From: an uncultured Planctomycetaceae bacterium
GTDB taxonomy: Bacteria > Planctomycetota > Planctomycetia > Planctomycetales > Planctomycetaceae
Direction of reading: 5' to 3'
Assembly: GCA_963813715.1 (NCBI GenBank)
Contig: CAWFAK010000016.1
Location: 352,001 to 416,000 of the forward strand
DNA: 64,000 bases
Shown: positions 11,516-23,710 of the stretch, piece by piece
Position numbering within the stretch: position 1 is the stretch's first letter
Layout of the letters: each line of letters begins with the position of its first letter
Position numbers and translations under genes: made by a program
Notes under the pieces: model-generated
Told to the model about the DNA's origin: nothing
Database searches by the model: none
Seen by the model: the letters and a program-made list of their open reading frames with translations, nothing else

Positions 11516-14426
11516 TCACGGGCCGCCCGGCTTCGGCTGATTCGAGTCCGGAACCGGTGTTTTGTCCTTCGCCTCCTGTTGAGGAGGCGGAACTTGGACC
11601 TTCATCTCGCGCAGTAACTGGCAGGCGAGCAGATTTTCGAACTGGTTCCAGTCGGTCGATTGGGCAGAGCGGATGAGATACTTCTTCGCATTCTCCAGGT
11701 CGCCTCGGTTCTTCAGAAAAACTCCGACAAAATACCGCAGGACCGATCCCGGCAAACCAGACTTGCTCTGGATCGCGTCGACTTTCGCGAGATCGAGAGG
11801 CTTCGCGCCCTTCGCTGCGAGCGCCTCGCGGAAGAGGACGGCAAGCGGGGTATAGACTTCGATTCCGCGTGATTCGACAAAATTCTCCGGGACCTTCGTC
11901 TCGATGACTTGCTTGAGCAGCGCATTGCGCTCGTCCGACTTGCCAAGCGTGTCGGCGACGATCACCCCGTGCATGCCGGCATAGCATTCGTGGAGGTATC
12001 CGTAGGCCTTTTGCAGCAGGATCAAGGCTTTGTCCGGCTCGCCGGTCGCCAGGTAGTAGCACGCAATTCTGCGATGTTGCTCGGCGAAGAGGGTCGTTCC
12101 CCAGCTTTCGCACTCTTTACGAGCCAATTCCTCCGCCTGGCGCACGTCACCGCGCCCGGTCCGATGGCACCAATACATCCAGTCAAATCGGCTGCCCTCA
12201 TAATTTTCCGAGACGGTTCGCACCAGCTGTTCGGACTTCTTCCACTCACCCAGCATTTCGTGACAGCGCGCCGCCGTCAGCATAGCCCAGGCGGCGCCCG
12301 TTTCGGCGGCGGCATCGGCGTAAGTCGTCGCCTCCTGAAAATCGAACCGATCGAGCGAGTCCAAAGCAATGTCGTTTTGCACTCGTGCGCGTTCGAGCCC
12401 CGACGTCGGCAGCTCGATGGCTTTGTCCAACGTCTCCTTCCACCGCGCGTGATCTTTCGTGGCTCGATAGACCGACGCCAACACTCGATACGAGGGATAG
12501 TCGGGATCGGCTTTTACGAGCAGTTTTGCGCACCGCTCCGCGTCGCCGTAGCGCTTCAATTTGCAGTAGCGATCCGTCAACGCCTTCGTCACCAATGGAT
12601 CGTCCGCGTAGGTCCTTTCGTAGCTCTCCATCTCCTTGGCCGCGTGCTGCCAATCGCGAGTGATGCGCGTGGCGATCGCGATCGGCAGCTTACTGCAGAT
12701 CGACCAGCACCATGCCATGTTGCCGGGGTTGACGCCGGTATCGTCGGGCTTGCCGAACCAGCCGTCTTTGATCGACAGCATCTGATCGGCCAGGAGGGCG
12801 TCACAGTGATAGCCGGGGACCTGGTGCCAGCCGTGAAGCTGCGGAGTGGGCTCCATGGCATACAGCCACTGTAAAACGGGCGCGTCGTTGAAAGTGACTT
12901 GTGTCAGATCGATCTTTGCTTTGAGCGCTTTCGCCGCGGGTTCCGCCGCCGCCTTGTTGAACGTGAAGGCGCCGAGACAAGCCGCGTAGGGATGGGCGGC
13001 ACAAAGCGAGGCCGAGTCGACATTGTCCCCCTCGAACCGCACGCGGCGCAGGGCTTGGCGAAATTGATGTCATCAATCATGTGCCCGAGAGCTGACAGAG
13101 ACGGCTCATCGCGGTCCGTTTGGGGCGCTCCCTCTCGTTTCAAAGCGGCCACCAGATCCTTGCGAAAGTCGATTTCCGACCGTTCGGGCAAACGTTCGCC
13201 GGCACCGCGGATCAGTTTTCGCGCGGACTCCGGCAGGCCGGTCGATGTCCGGCAGCCGTTTTCGCAGCAACGTGCCCGCGACCTCAAACGCGCTGTACGC
13301 TCCCTGCCTCATCGGGCCCAACGAACTCGATATCGCCAGGATGTTGTAAACGCGGGGGCATTCGGGGCAGTCTTTCTGCAATTCCAGTGCGGCCTTGATG
13401 GTGAGATCCTCCACATCCCCGAAGCGGACAGCCTGCAGGTTGAGGTAGCGCGCCAAGTCTGCGCTCCCGCGCAGAGCCGACGGACTTCATCATGCCGCGC
13501 AAGTCTCCGTGGGAGAATTTGTCGATCACGTCAGCGAACCAAGGCCACGGCCGGTCGGTGTCCGTCATCTTTTTCTTGGCTTGATCGATCCAGATGCTCG
13601 CGGCGTCGGGCATGCCGATCTGCGCCGCAACGTAGGCACTGGTGAACAGCGACCAGGGCGTGTCGTTCGTCTGCTTGGACAGTCGCTCCTGATAGAGCAT
13701 GGCCCGCGCATAGTAAACCTTGTGGGCCGCGCTGTTGTGGAAGTCCACCAGCGAACCGAGATTGGCATAACCAATTGCCAACGCGGACAACAGATCGCGA
13801 GACTCGCCTTTCTCGCGGATTTCGGCATGGAGCTGACGCACGCCGGCCATCACCGAAATCTCGTTCCAGGTCCAGATCAGTTCGTACGCCTTGCGCGGAA
13901 CTTCCGTCGTCGTCCGAGCCGGCGGGACGTGGCCTTTGAAACCCGCCTGGAGCAGGACGTCTTTAAACTCCTTCCGCGACCAAACCTCGGCCTTCACGTT
14001 GATGGAGACGAGGGGCGGAAAGTCATCGACCGTGAATTTCAATTGCCAAAGTGGTTTCTCGGGCGCTCCCTGGCGAGTCAGCACATATTCGAGCTTGCGG
14101 TCGTCGTTCGGATCGCGGGTGCGGCAAAAAAGCTCGAACGGCACCGACTGCTCGTCCGGCTTCTCCGGAAACTCCTCGCGGAGCATCGAATCGCGAGTGG
14201 TCAGCCCCAATTCGTCGCGGGCTGCGATCAGGAACGCTTGCCGCACGATTTCGCGCATTCCCATCGGCGGAATTCCGCCCGCAGGCCCGACAGCTTGCGG
14301 CTCGCGCACCGTGAGGAACACGGTTGATGGGACGTCGCGAGACTCGTCAGCATGGGCGGCGGTCGCGACAACCGTGCCCGCGCAGGCAAACAGGCAAAGA
14401 AGCCAAGTGGGCAACAAACGTAACAT
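11516..14426 (-). CDS. Large secreted TPR-like alpha-helical hypothetical protein (frameshifted)
   Basis: Signal peptide (MLRLLPTWLLCLFACAG..AHA); TPR-like helices across ORFs 13284-14426, 13106-13456, 12904-13287 and 11516-13042. Confidence 0.6.
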
Positions 14427-14481
14427 GGAATCCCTCAGACGAGTTGAACTGTGTCTGCGTGTATGCGCTGCGCTCGCCGCC

Positions 14482-15790
14482 CTACTTCGGCTGCTTGTAG
14501 AGCGTGCCGCCCTTCATCACCAGGCGGACTTTCCGCAGTGCGGAGATGTCGCGGGTCGGATCGCCCTCGACGGCGATCAGGTCGGCGAGCAGTCCCGGTT
14601 TGACCGTACCCAAGCGATCGTCGAGGTGCAGCACGCGGGCGTCGATCGACGTGGCCGACTTGAGGGCTTGCACGGGCGTCATGCCGTAGTCGACCATCAG
14701 CTCCAGCTCGCGGGCGTTGTCGCCGTGGGCGAAAACGCCGACGTCGCTGCCGCTGGCGATGGTCACGCCCGCGTCGAGGGCGGCCTTGAAGCTGGCTCGC
14801 TTGGCCTTAATGCGAGCCGGCTCTGGCTGCGAACCTTTGCGCCAGCCGCGGTATTGCGCGATCGCGTCGCCGGCGGCCAACGTGGGGCAGAGGGCCACAT
14901 GGCTCTCGGCCATCATCTTGAAGAGTTCCGGAGTTCCTTCGTCGCCGTGTTCGATCGTTTCTACGCCAGCCAGCGTCGCCCGCCGCGCCCCTTCGGCGGT
15001 TGTCGCGTGAGCCGAGACGGGACAGCCTGCTGAGCGGGCGGTGGCCACGATCAGCTTCAGCTCGTCGATGGAAAAGGTCGGCTGCGCCTGGTTGCCCGGC
15101 CCCCAACGATAGTCGGCATACACCTTCACCCAGTCGGCCCCGGCCCCGATCTGGCTCCGCACGACACGCACGAGATTCGACGCGTCGGCCTCTTCGGCTC
15201 CCTGAGGCACGGGCAGGTGGCTATCGGTGCGCCGTGGACCGTAACTACCCGTCGCCACGATGGCCCGCGTCACCACCAGCATCCGCGGACCGGGAATGAT
15301 GCCCTTCTCGATCGATTGCTTAAGTCCCACGTCCGCATCAGCCGCCCCCTCCGTCCCCAGGTCGCGCACGGTGGTGAAGCCGGCTAACAGCGTGGCCCGC
15401 GCGTGTTGCGTCGCGCGGCAAACACGTTCGGCCAGCGACTCCTTCAGCACCTGGTCATCCCACGACGTTTCGTTGTAGGGATGCAGAAACATGTGCGAAT
15501 GGGCCTCGATCAGTCCCGGCAAGAGCGTCATCCCCGGCAGCTCGATCGTCCGCGCCCCCGCCGGGACTTTGACTTCCTGCGCCGGTCCCGCTTGATCGAT
15601 TCGCTCGCCTTCCACGACGACGATCCAGCCTTCGTGCGTGGTCTCGCTCTCGCCGTCAAAGACGCGCAGCGGGTTTCAACACCAGCGGTGTTTTCGGATT
15701 GGCCGCAGAGCCATCGCCGCCTGCCAGTTGAGCGGCCGACACCGGCCACGCGGCCAATAAGCTGACTGCGGCCAGAATGAGTGAGGGCAT
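14482..15790 (-). CDS. Secreted metal-dependent amidohydrolase (Xaa-Pro dipeptidase-like); frameshift near 15665
   Basis: [29 protein letters not shown] and G..ADLIAV.GDP motifs; N-terminal signal peptide. Confidence 0.85.
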
Positions 15791-15847
15791 GATCGTTCGC
15801 CTGCGGTGACGCGGGGAGGAAAGCAAATGTGTCATCAATAGCCGAGA

Positions 15848-16462
15848 TTATCGCCGTCGCCGCCGCGTTGCGAGGAATTGTTCGTCGAAAGAGCGGCGAG
15901 CCGTCGGACGGTGTCGAGCGGACCAGCGTTTGGTGGACGGCGAACAGCGCGACGACCAGAAACGGCCAACTGAACCAGGGCCAGAAGCTGACCCAGCGCG
16001 GCAACCGGTCGCCCGCCGTGACGTCGAACGACGTCCGCGCGGTCCCTGCCGGTCCTTCGACGTCAATCGAGACCGTCCACTCGCCCGCCCGTCGGCAGTT
16101 GGAACGTGGCCGAGTGAAACAGTTTGTTGGTCGTGGCCCCACTGTGCGCTGACATAAAGTCGGGCCTCGTCGGGTTCGTCGCGCGGCGCGAGCGACAGAC
16201 GGACATTGGCGTCGGGCAGGGCGTCGCCCGTCGTCGCATCCTGCGACCAGCACGTTGATCTCGACTGGGCCGGAACGGAACGGATTGGGCGAGGTGAGGG
16301 CCGTGATGCGATAGGGTCCCTGCGTCTGTGACAGCCGCACGGTGCCGCCGTCGGCGAAGGTCGCGAGCGTCTGCACCCAGCGAGGATCACACCAATCGAG
16401 AGCGCGAGGGCTGCCCATCGACACGGAACCCGCCAGCCGCACTTCGCCCGAAATTGGCTCAT
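15848..16462 (-). CDS. FixH/YtkA-like membrane-anchored Ig-fold accessory protein (frameshifted; 3' end uncertain)
   Basis: GPYRITALTSPNPFRSGPVEINVLV..GEWTVSIDVEG beta-rich domain plus C-terminal TM (WPWFSWPFLVVALF); last gene of the oxidase operon. Confidence 0.5.
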   Translation of the reverse strand: MSQFRAKCGWRVPCRWAALALSIGVILAGCRRSRPSPTAAPCGCHRRRDPIASRPSPRPIRSVPAQSRSTCWSQDATTGDALPDANVRLSLAPRDEPDEARLYVSAQWGHDQQTVSLGHVPTADGRASGRSRLTSKDRQGPRGRRSTSRRATGCRAGSASGPGSVGRFWSSRCSPSTKRWSARHRPTARRSFDEQFLATRRRRR

Positions 16463-16464
16463 GC

Positions 16465-18799
16465 TTAGCCGCCTCCCGGCAACGTGCCGCGCATTTGCAT
16501 CGGCTGGAACACGATCCAGACCGCGGCCGCAAACAACAAGAGGATCAACACGCCCCACGGGGCAAATCCCGCGAGCGCCTCGCGACGGTCGCGAGGCGTC
16601 CCGCTGTGCGATGCGATAACCGGTGTAAAGCGACAGCAAGAATCCGGCGTCAGCGAACACGAGCTCCAACCTCACGAGCCAGTCGCCCACCGGCCGACAG
16701 CAGGCGCATTGGTACCGCGGCTCGCCGCCGAAGGTGTAGCCGAGATCCTGCAGTGCCCGCTGCGTGGCGGGCAGCGCCGTCTCCCAACTCGTCAAAAAGT
16801 GAAAGCTGTAGTGCGAGAGCCAAACGCCAAAACCGATCGGCACGAGCGCGTACGCAAACCGGGTGGCCACGTCGAGCACGCTTCCGCGAAAACTGTCCCC
16901 AGCGGCGGCTGAACGCGGCGGCGAGTCCGACCGTCGTCGCCGGCAGCACGACCAGGCCCAGAAGCGTGAACAGCGTGGTCGTCACCCACGCCGGCGGATC
17001 GCCCAGCCAGGTCCGCAGTTGATCCAACTCGTCGACGACCGGTCCGACCATTCCCGCCGCGTTGGTGAGCGCCCCGAACGTGAGCACGACGACGAGCGCG
17101 GCCAGGTCCGTCCGCGTTCCGAAGCGACCTATCCCTGAGCGAAACGGATCGCGCCAGAGTTCCGCTCCCGGCAGGCCGGCAATCAGGCCGACGTTGTCGT
17201 GCGGGCAGGAGTGGACGCAGTCGAGACAAAACGTGCAGTCCATGTTGCTCGACTTGTGCGGCTGAAAGAGCCGCGTCGGGCAGCCGGGAACGACTGCGCT
17301 CCCGCGGATGCACTCGTGCGTGCGGCACGAGGCGCAGCGATCGGGCGCGCGGACTTTGACCTGCAGCGGCGACACCAGCGACTGCACGAAATTGAACTGG
17401 CCGATCGGACAGACGTACTTGCAGAACGTGCCGGCCCGGAAGAATCCGTCGACGGCAAACGCCGCCACGAAATAGCTGACGACAATCCAGGCCGTCCACC
17501 GCGGACTGTCCCAGAGCGCGAACGTCTCGTAGCCCCAGAGAAACAGGGCCACGAACACCAGCGACAGCCATTTCGTCCGCAGCCAGTGCGGCCAGACGCG
17601 GCCGAAGCCCAGCCAACGGCCGGCCAGTCGCCGCGGCAGCGTGAAGGGACAGGCCATGCAGGAGAAGTTGCCCGCGACGAGCAGGGCCAGGATCAGCAAG
17701 CCGCGCCAATGAATCCAGGGCAGCACCCCGGCCAGATTCAAGGGGGCCAGCTGCCGCCCGTGAAGACCATCGACAATCACTGCTCCCGCCAAAACAGCGA
17801 GCGGCAACTGCAACGCGACGCGCGCATGTCGCCATTTGAGAAACCGCCCAATCAGCGGAACATGCAGCAGATCAAAACCCCCGGCCGGCGCAGACTGGAG
17901 CACAGGGAGCTGGAATGTTGAAAGCGCGGGTGCGGTGCGAGCCCGTGGCGCTCGCGGCGGTCCGCGCGGTGACAACGCGCGCTCCCGAGGAGAACAGCAG
18001 CCGCACGCCGATCGCGAAGAGCGGCACCAGAAAAGCCACCGACCCCGGCACCCACATGATGACGCCGGCCGCCGCCTGGTCCGCGAGCGGCGACACCCCT
18101 GCCAGCGGCGGGATCTCCGTGTAATAAGGATAGAGGGGGCGACTCGCGAAGGTCGAGGAGCGCCGAGAGCAGCGTGTTCTGCACGTCGGCCAAATCAGGT
18201 AGGGCACAAGGAGCCAGAGCGACCAGCGTCGGCCGGCTCGGATAGGGTCGGATGACCGGGTACCAGAAGAGAAGCCCCGCGGCCAGAAAGCACGCGTGCT
18301 CGAGGTAGTGGCTGGCATCGGAACGGAGAGCCCAGACGTACGGCCCCGGTGCGTGCCAAATCCAGATCGCCGCAATGAAGACGGGCAGCGCCACGAACGG
18401 ATGCGTCAACCCGCCGAAAAATCGCCGCACCACGCGGGCCCGCAGCACGGGTCCGATCCAATGCGTGCGAATCGTCGCCGGCACGCCGCGAAGTAGCGGA
18501 AAGAACGGTGCCCCCAGCCAGATCAACGCGGGTGCGACCATCAACAAGAGCAGGTGCTGCACCATGTGCAGCGACAACAGGAGCGAGGCAAACGGCTCGA
18601 TCGGTGAGCCGAGCGCGAGAAAGATCGCCGCCAGCCCGCCGACAAACGCCAAGAGGCGTGCGCCAGTCCAGCGGGCGGGCGCCCGACGACGCAACTCGAC
18701 CCAGCCGCGTAAATAAACAGCCGCGCTCAAGAGGAGCGTTACGATCAGCGCCGGATTGGACGGCCACGATCGCAAGAACGCGTCGAACGCGGGATTCAT
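16465..18799 (-). CDS. CtaG (caa3-type) oxidase assembly domain fused to a membrane 4Fe-4S (NosR/CcoG-like) domain (frameshifted)
   Basis: HMVQHLLL, WHAP, LEH and DQ..AG..MWVPG CtaG motifs; then CMACP, FCKYVCPIG and CASC...NMDCTFCLDCVHSCP. Confidence 0.75.
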
Positions 18800-18829
18800 G
18801 GCAACGTGCGATTCAAGGCAATATTGAAT

Positions 18830-20327
18830 TCAAGGCTGTGGATCAGCGTGTGGCTGCGCGGCCGGTATGGCCGGCGGCTGGCCCGCCGGTCGCAGGCTCG
18901 CCAAAAACGCGGCCAGCGCCGTCATCTGGGGAGCATCGATCTGCTTGCCGTAAGCCGGCATCTCGCCGCCTCCCGGCGCGCCCTTGGCGCCCGGCGTTCC
19001 GTTACTGACCTGGTCGATGAGCTGGTCTCGCGTGAGTCGCACGCCCACCGTCGTCAGGTCGGGGCCGCGTTGTCCGCCGATGCCGTCGATCGCGTGGCAG
19101 TTGCGACAATTCTTGTTCTGAAAGACGACCGCGCCCTGCAATTCCAGGGGCGAGCTGTGCTCGACGAGGCGGACGGGAATCGGGTCGCCGCTCCATGCGG
19201 TCATCGTCGGGCGACCAAGGGGCCGTTTGCCCTTCATACGTCAATATGCCCAGCACCGTATAAATGACAATCACCGAAAGCACGGCCACCGGCCGCCGGC
19301 TCGGCGCCCGCTCGCCCCGGTTGCTGACGAAGGGAACCAGGAACAAGGCGACGATCAACACCACGGGAAAGACGAGCATGACGAACGTCTCGATCGACGG
19401 CGGACTGAGCGCGAGCAGTGCGAACAGCCACAGGAAGGGCCATTCGGGACGCGGATTGGCTCCGGGCAGCGTCGGGTCGGGCGGGCCGGTCGGCCCCTTG
19501 GGACCCAGGATGGCCGCGATCGCCACCACCACGATCACCGCGACGGCCGAGGCGAACAGGTCCTTGAGCAAAGCATCGCCCAGGAACGGCACGCCCGACT
19601 TCGTCACCGATTCGTGATATTCCGCGTCGTACGTCCGCGGGTCGACGAGCACGCCGGGCCGCGGCACATCGCTGATGCCGCAGCTCAACACCAGCCACAA
19701 ATGAACCCCGAGCGCCGCCAGCAGCGTGCCGGGAATGACAAAGACGTGCAGTGCGAAGAAGCGGCTGAGCGAATCGGCACCGATCACCGGGCCGCCGAGC
19801 AACACCTCCACTATCCACGGCCCGAGAACGGGAACGCGGCCGGCCATCGACGCGCCGACCCCCAGTCCCCAATACGCATCGGGGTCCCACCGCAAAATCT
19901 GCCCAGTGAAGAACATGCCCAACGTGCACAACAGCAGGCAGACGCCCACGACCCAGGTCATCTCGCGCGGATATTTGTAGGCCCCCTGCAGAAAGACCTG
20001 CGTCATGTGGGCCAGCACCATCACGACCATGCCCGAGCCGGCGTAATAATGCAGCGACCGCAGGAACCAGCCCAGGGGCTCAACCTCGTTGAGATAGAGC
20101 AGGCTCGCGTAGGCTTTGTCGGCCGAGGGGACGTAAACGAGCGCCAGGCCAATGCCCGTGACAATCTGCACCGCCAACAGCGTCATCGACGCGCTGCCGA
20201 AGATGTACCACCAGCCCATCGGACCGTCGACCGCACGGGGGATCGGATGGCGGAGCACGGGCAACAGCGTGCTGCTGATTCCCAGCCGCCGATCGAACCA
20301 ATCCCCAACCTGGCGCACCCAGCGCAT
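18830..20327 (-). CDS. qcrB: Cytochrome b of a Rieske/cyt b complex (b and subunit IV unsplit) with fused C-terminal cytochrome c; frameshift near 19210
   Basis: RSLH..AHM and FFALH..VHL heme ligands, YKYPRE.TW..G, RPEWP Qo motif, C-terminal CRNCH..GPDLT..MPAY. Confidence 0.9.
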
Positions 20328-20351
20328 CGCGATCTCTTTCAGGTGATTTCT

Positions 20352-20959
20352 TTAGGCGATCTTGGAGGAGGCGGCCCGGGCCGAGCAGTCCCCCACCTCG
20401 GTCGATTTCGTCAGCGTGTTTTGCAGTGTCGGGTAGTGCGGAGCTTGAATCTCCAGGCGATCGCTTTCCACCCGCCACACACAGGAATAAAGGCCGCGCG
20501 GCGGAGGGCCCGAAGCGCGGCTGCCGTCGGAGTAATAAGCGCCGCCGTGACACGGGCACATGAACAGGGCCGACTCGGGAAACCAGGTGACCGGGCAGCC
20601 CAAATGCGCGCAGTTCACATCGAGCACGAGAAACTGATCTTTGCCGGCCGAGTCCTTGCCTTCGTAACGGACGAAGACGGTGGCCCGCGCGACCATGCCG
20701 TCCCAAGGCTGACGCAACGGATTATCAAACGTGACGCGGCGTGTCTCGTTGAGCGGAAATTCGCCCACCGCCCCCAGGCCGACCCAATCGACGGGCGTCT
20801 GGCGGGGCCGCAATACGTAGGCAATCAGCGGTGCGCCGGCGAGCACTCCCGCCGCGACGGAGACCGCCCCCGTGAGGACACGAAAGAACCAACGCCGTGG
20901 CGGATCGGGCGCCCGCTCGGCGCGGGGGACGAGCCTGTCTGGGCTTCGGTCGCTGCCAT
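20352..20959 (-). CDS. qcrA: Rieske 2Fe-2S subunit
   Basis: CAHLGC and CPCHGGAY boxes, GPPPRGL, N-terminal RR plus TM helix; start overlaps the upstream stop (TGATG); N-terminal frameshift. Confidence 0.9.
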
Positions 20960-21790
20960 CACGGAGTCCTGTCGCTGCGAGTTGTTTCCACGGATTGCGA
21001 ACCCAAGCCGGCCGATGCGACAGCCGCCGGCTGCTTCTCCAGCGATCGCAGGTAGGCCACGAGGTCGTTAATTTCGTCGGAGGACAGCGGGCGGAAGTCG
21101 TCGTCCCGGCCATCGGTCTGGGCGTAGTCGGGCATCTTGAGATCGGATCGGCCCGTAATGATCAGGCGGCGGAGCACCTGGTCGCTCAAGAGCGCCAAAA
21201 AGGCCGGGTCGCCGATCGCGCCGGCGGAGTCGCCTTTTCCTCTGTCGCCGTGGCAGCCAGAGCAGGCTCGCTCGTAGGCTTGCGCGCCCCGCTGGACGGC
21301 GGCTGTCGAGTGGTCGATTTTTTCCTTCGGCAGCGCGTAGGCGGGAACTGCGTGATCATCCTTTGGACTCGGCTTCCAGTGCGTCTTAAGTTCCGTCGTC
21401 AGCACCTGCATTTGCCTCGCCGTCAGCGTGCCCCCTTTGTCCTGCGAGAAGGCGGGCATCAAGCGTGCCAGGACGGCCGTCGCGAATCACGTCCCGCACG
21501 ACCGCATCGGGGACGATTTTGAGAAATAGCGGATCATTGAGCGGCGGAGCCGGACCGAGCCGTCCGTCCGGACCGTGACAGCCGGCACAATTCGTCGCAT
21601 AAAGTGCGTCGAAACCCAGCACTTCGTCGGCGGGCACGGTACGAATCTGGGCATTGCGCTGTCCGGGGAAGTCGCAACCGACGAGGACGAGCGCCAAGCA
21701 GGCCAGCCCCGCGACCGGCGCACCCCGGCGGGCACGGCCCGGATTGGGTCGCGTTGAAGTCTGCGTCATTGGCACGGGGTGAGTCTTCAT
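20959..21790 (-). CDS. Di-heme cytochrome c, probable lipoprotein (frameshifted)
   Basis: LVLVGC lipobox-like motif, CAGCHG..MPAF and CSGCHG..MPDY. Confidence 0.8.
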
Positions 21791-23064
21791 GTCGGCCCCG
21801 GGGCTGCTCCTGCCGGCGGCACGAGGATCTGTTCCGAACGGACGATCACAATGGCCGCCACAATGCCGAACACAAATTGCGACACCACAAACCAGGGCCA
21901 GTTCACCCGTACCTGCAACAGCGGGTTGACCACGCCCATCAGGCTGTAGCTGGCCGCGGTCCAGAGAATGGGCATCAGCACGCCGCCCCAAACAAACGGG
22001 CCGGGAATCGGCCGCAGTCGCGGCAGCAGAATTCCATACAAGAGCCCCAGCCCGAGCGACATCACGATGTGGATGACAATTGCCGTCGTCAGCCAGTCGC
22101 CGTTGAACTGCATCAACTGCTCGGTCGACAAGTGGTCCAAGCCGCGGCGGACCATTCCCGTCAGCAAATTCGCGGGATACCAGAGGCCGTAACCGCTTGC
22201 CAGGCTCCAGAGCACGGCGGGGATCGGCATCAACAGCCCGCCCACCAGCCCGGCGCACACGCCGACGACCGGTGCCGGCAACCGATGTTGCAGCTGAATA
22301 AAGACGAACGCCGCCACAACGCCGAAAACAAATTGCGACGCAATGAACCAGGGCCAGTTGACCCCATTGTTGAGCGCCGGATTTACTACCGCCATAAAGC
22401 TGAAGGTCACGGCCGTCCAGAACACGGGCATCAGTGCTCCGCCCCAGGCGAGCGGTTTGCGAATCTCCGGCAACGTCGGCAGGAGCACGCCGTACAAGAG
22501 TCCCAGCGTGGCCGACATCGTCACGTGCACGAGGGCACCGACCACGAACAGCGACAGATGGAATTGCCCCAGCTCCTCGCGCCCGAGGCCGCCGACGCCC
22601 GGCATGGCAATTCCGGCCAGCAGATTGAGCGGATACCAGAGGCCGTGCCCGCTCAAGAGAGCATAGACGAGGGCGGGAATCGGCATGATGAGCCCGCCCA
22701 GCAGGCCCCCTTTCACGCCGGCTGAAATCGGATGGACTTTTTCGGGCAGCCGGATGCGATAGCCGGGCATCCCCAGTTCCAGCCGCTCGACGGCTCCCAT
22801 TTGGGCGGCGATCGCTGGGCCTGCAGCGGTGATTGCCTCGTGCATGTGACCGCGACCGGGCAACAGCGACGCCACCCACGCGACGATCCCGTAGATGAGA
22901 ATCACCGCGCCGACCAGGCCGAGCACCGGCCCCAGCGCAAAGCCGCTGAGCAACAACGTCGTCCCCAAGCCGACGATCAGCGGTGCGATGGTGGGCCGCG
23001 GCATCTCGACGGAGGTCTCCCGCGAGATGGCTTCGCTTCCGGTTGTTTGCGGTTCGCCGGTCAC
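21787..23064 (-). CDS. Polytopic membrane protein with an internal tandem duplication, inside the oxidase operon
   Basis: Two repeats GGL.MPIPA...SG.GLWYP.NLL.G...H..MS..LGLLYG.LLP...WGG.LMP..WTA...VNP.L...VNWPWF..SQFVFG; start uncertain. Confidence 0.75.
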   Translation of the reverse strand: MTGEPQTTGSEAISRETSVEMPRPTIAPLIVGLGTTLLLSGFALGPVLGLVGAVILIYGIVAWVASLLPGRGHMHEAITAAGPAIAAQMGAVERLELGMPGYRIRLPEKVHPISAGVKGGLLGGLIMPIPALVYALLSGHGLWYPLNLLAGIAMPGVGGLGREELGQFHLSLFVVGALVHVTMSATLGLLYGVLLPTLPEIRKPLAWGGALMPVFWTAVTFSFMAVVNPALNNGVNWPWFIASQFVFGVVAAFVFIQLQHRLPAPVVGVCAGLVGGLLMPIPAVLWSLASGYGLWYPANLLTGMVRRGLDHLSTEQLMQFNGDWLTTAIVIHIVMSLGLGLLYGILLPRLRPIPGPFVWGGVLMPILWTAASYSLMGVVNPLLQVRVNWPWFVVSQFVFGIVAAIVIVRSEQILVPPAGAAPGPT

Positions 23065-23074
23065 GGACTGAGCC

Positions 23075-23710
23075 CTAGCGGCCAAACAAATAAACGATGC
23101 TGAACACGAACACCCACACCACGTCCACAAAATGCCAATACCACGAGACCAGCTCGACGCCGATCTGGTTGGCGTGCGTCACCCGCCGCCCGAGCGCCAG
23201 ACCCAGCACGATCAGCATCGTGATCACGCCGATGGTAACGTGCAGCCCGTGAAAACCGACGAGCGTATAGTACGTGGTGCCGAACAGATTCCGGCCGATC
23301 GTCAGCCCGTGGACTTCGATCAAGTCGTGCCATTCGTAGATCGTGCCTGCCAGAAAGGCGACGCCCAGCGCGATGGTGAGCGCCCACCAGCAACAAAAGA
23401 GCCGTTGCCGTTGCCGCTCAAGCGCCATTCCCGCCAGGTGGATCGCCACGCTGCTGGAGAGCAGGCAGATCGTCGTGCCGATGACGAGCGGCAGCGAGAG
23501 GGCCTCGCGCGGCGTGGGCCCGACGCGGTCGCGATGCAGGTAGCTGATGTAGACCACGATCAGTGTCGTGAAGAAGGCGACTTCCGAGAGCAGAAAGGCG
23601 AGCATGCCCCACTGTGATGCCGTCAAAGGCTTCGCGCCCGCGGCGGCGTGCGCGGAATGTCCGCCGGGGATGGCGGTCGCACTGCTGAGGGCCGGTTGGG
23701 ACGCGCTCAT
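23075..23710 (-). CDS. ctaE: Cytochrome c oxidase subunit III (short form)
   Basis: FLLSEVAFF, GFHGLHV and WYWHFVDVVW motifs. Confidence 0.9.
   Translation of the reverse strand: MSASQPALSSATAIPGGHSAHAAAGAKPLTASQWGMLAFLLSEVAFFTTLIVVYISYLHRDRVGPTPREALSLPLVIGTTICLLSSSVAIHLAGMALERQRQRLFCCWWALTIALGVAFLAGTIYEWHDLIEVHGLTIGRNLFGTTYYTLVGFHGLHVTIGVITMLIVLGLALGRRVTHANQIGVELVSWYWHFVDVVWVFVFSIVYLFGR

Noticed and set aside
19227..21071. Long plus-strand ORFs opposite the respiratory operon (and similar ones such as 56356-58656 and 142-801)
   Set aside because: Antisense shadows typical of high-GC coding DNA; the conserved motifs are on the other strand.
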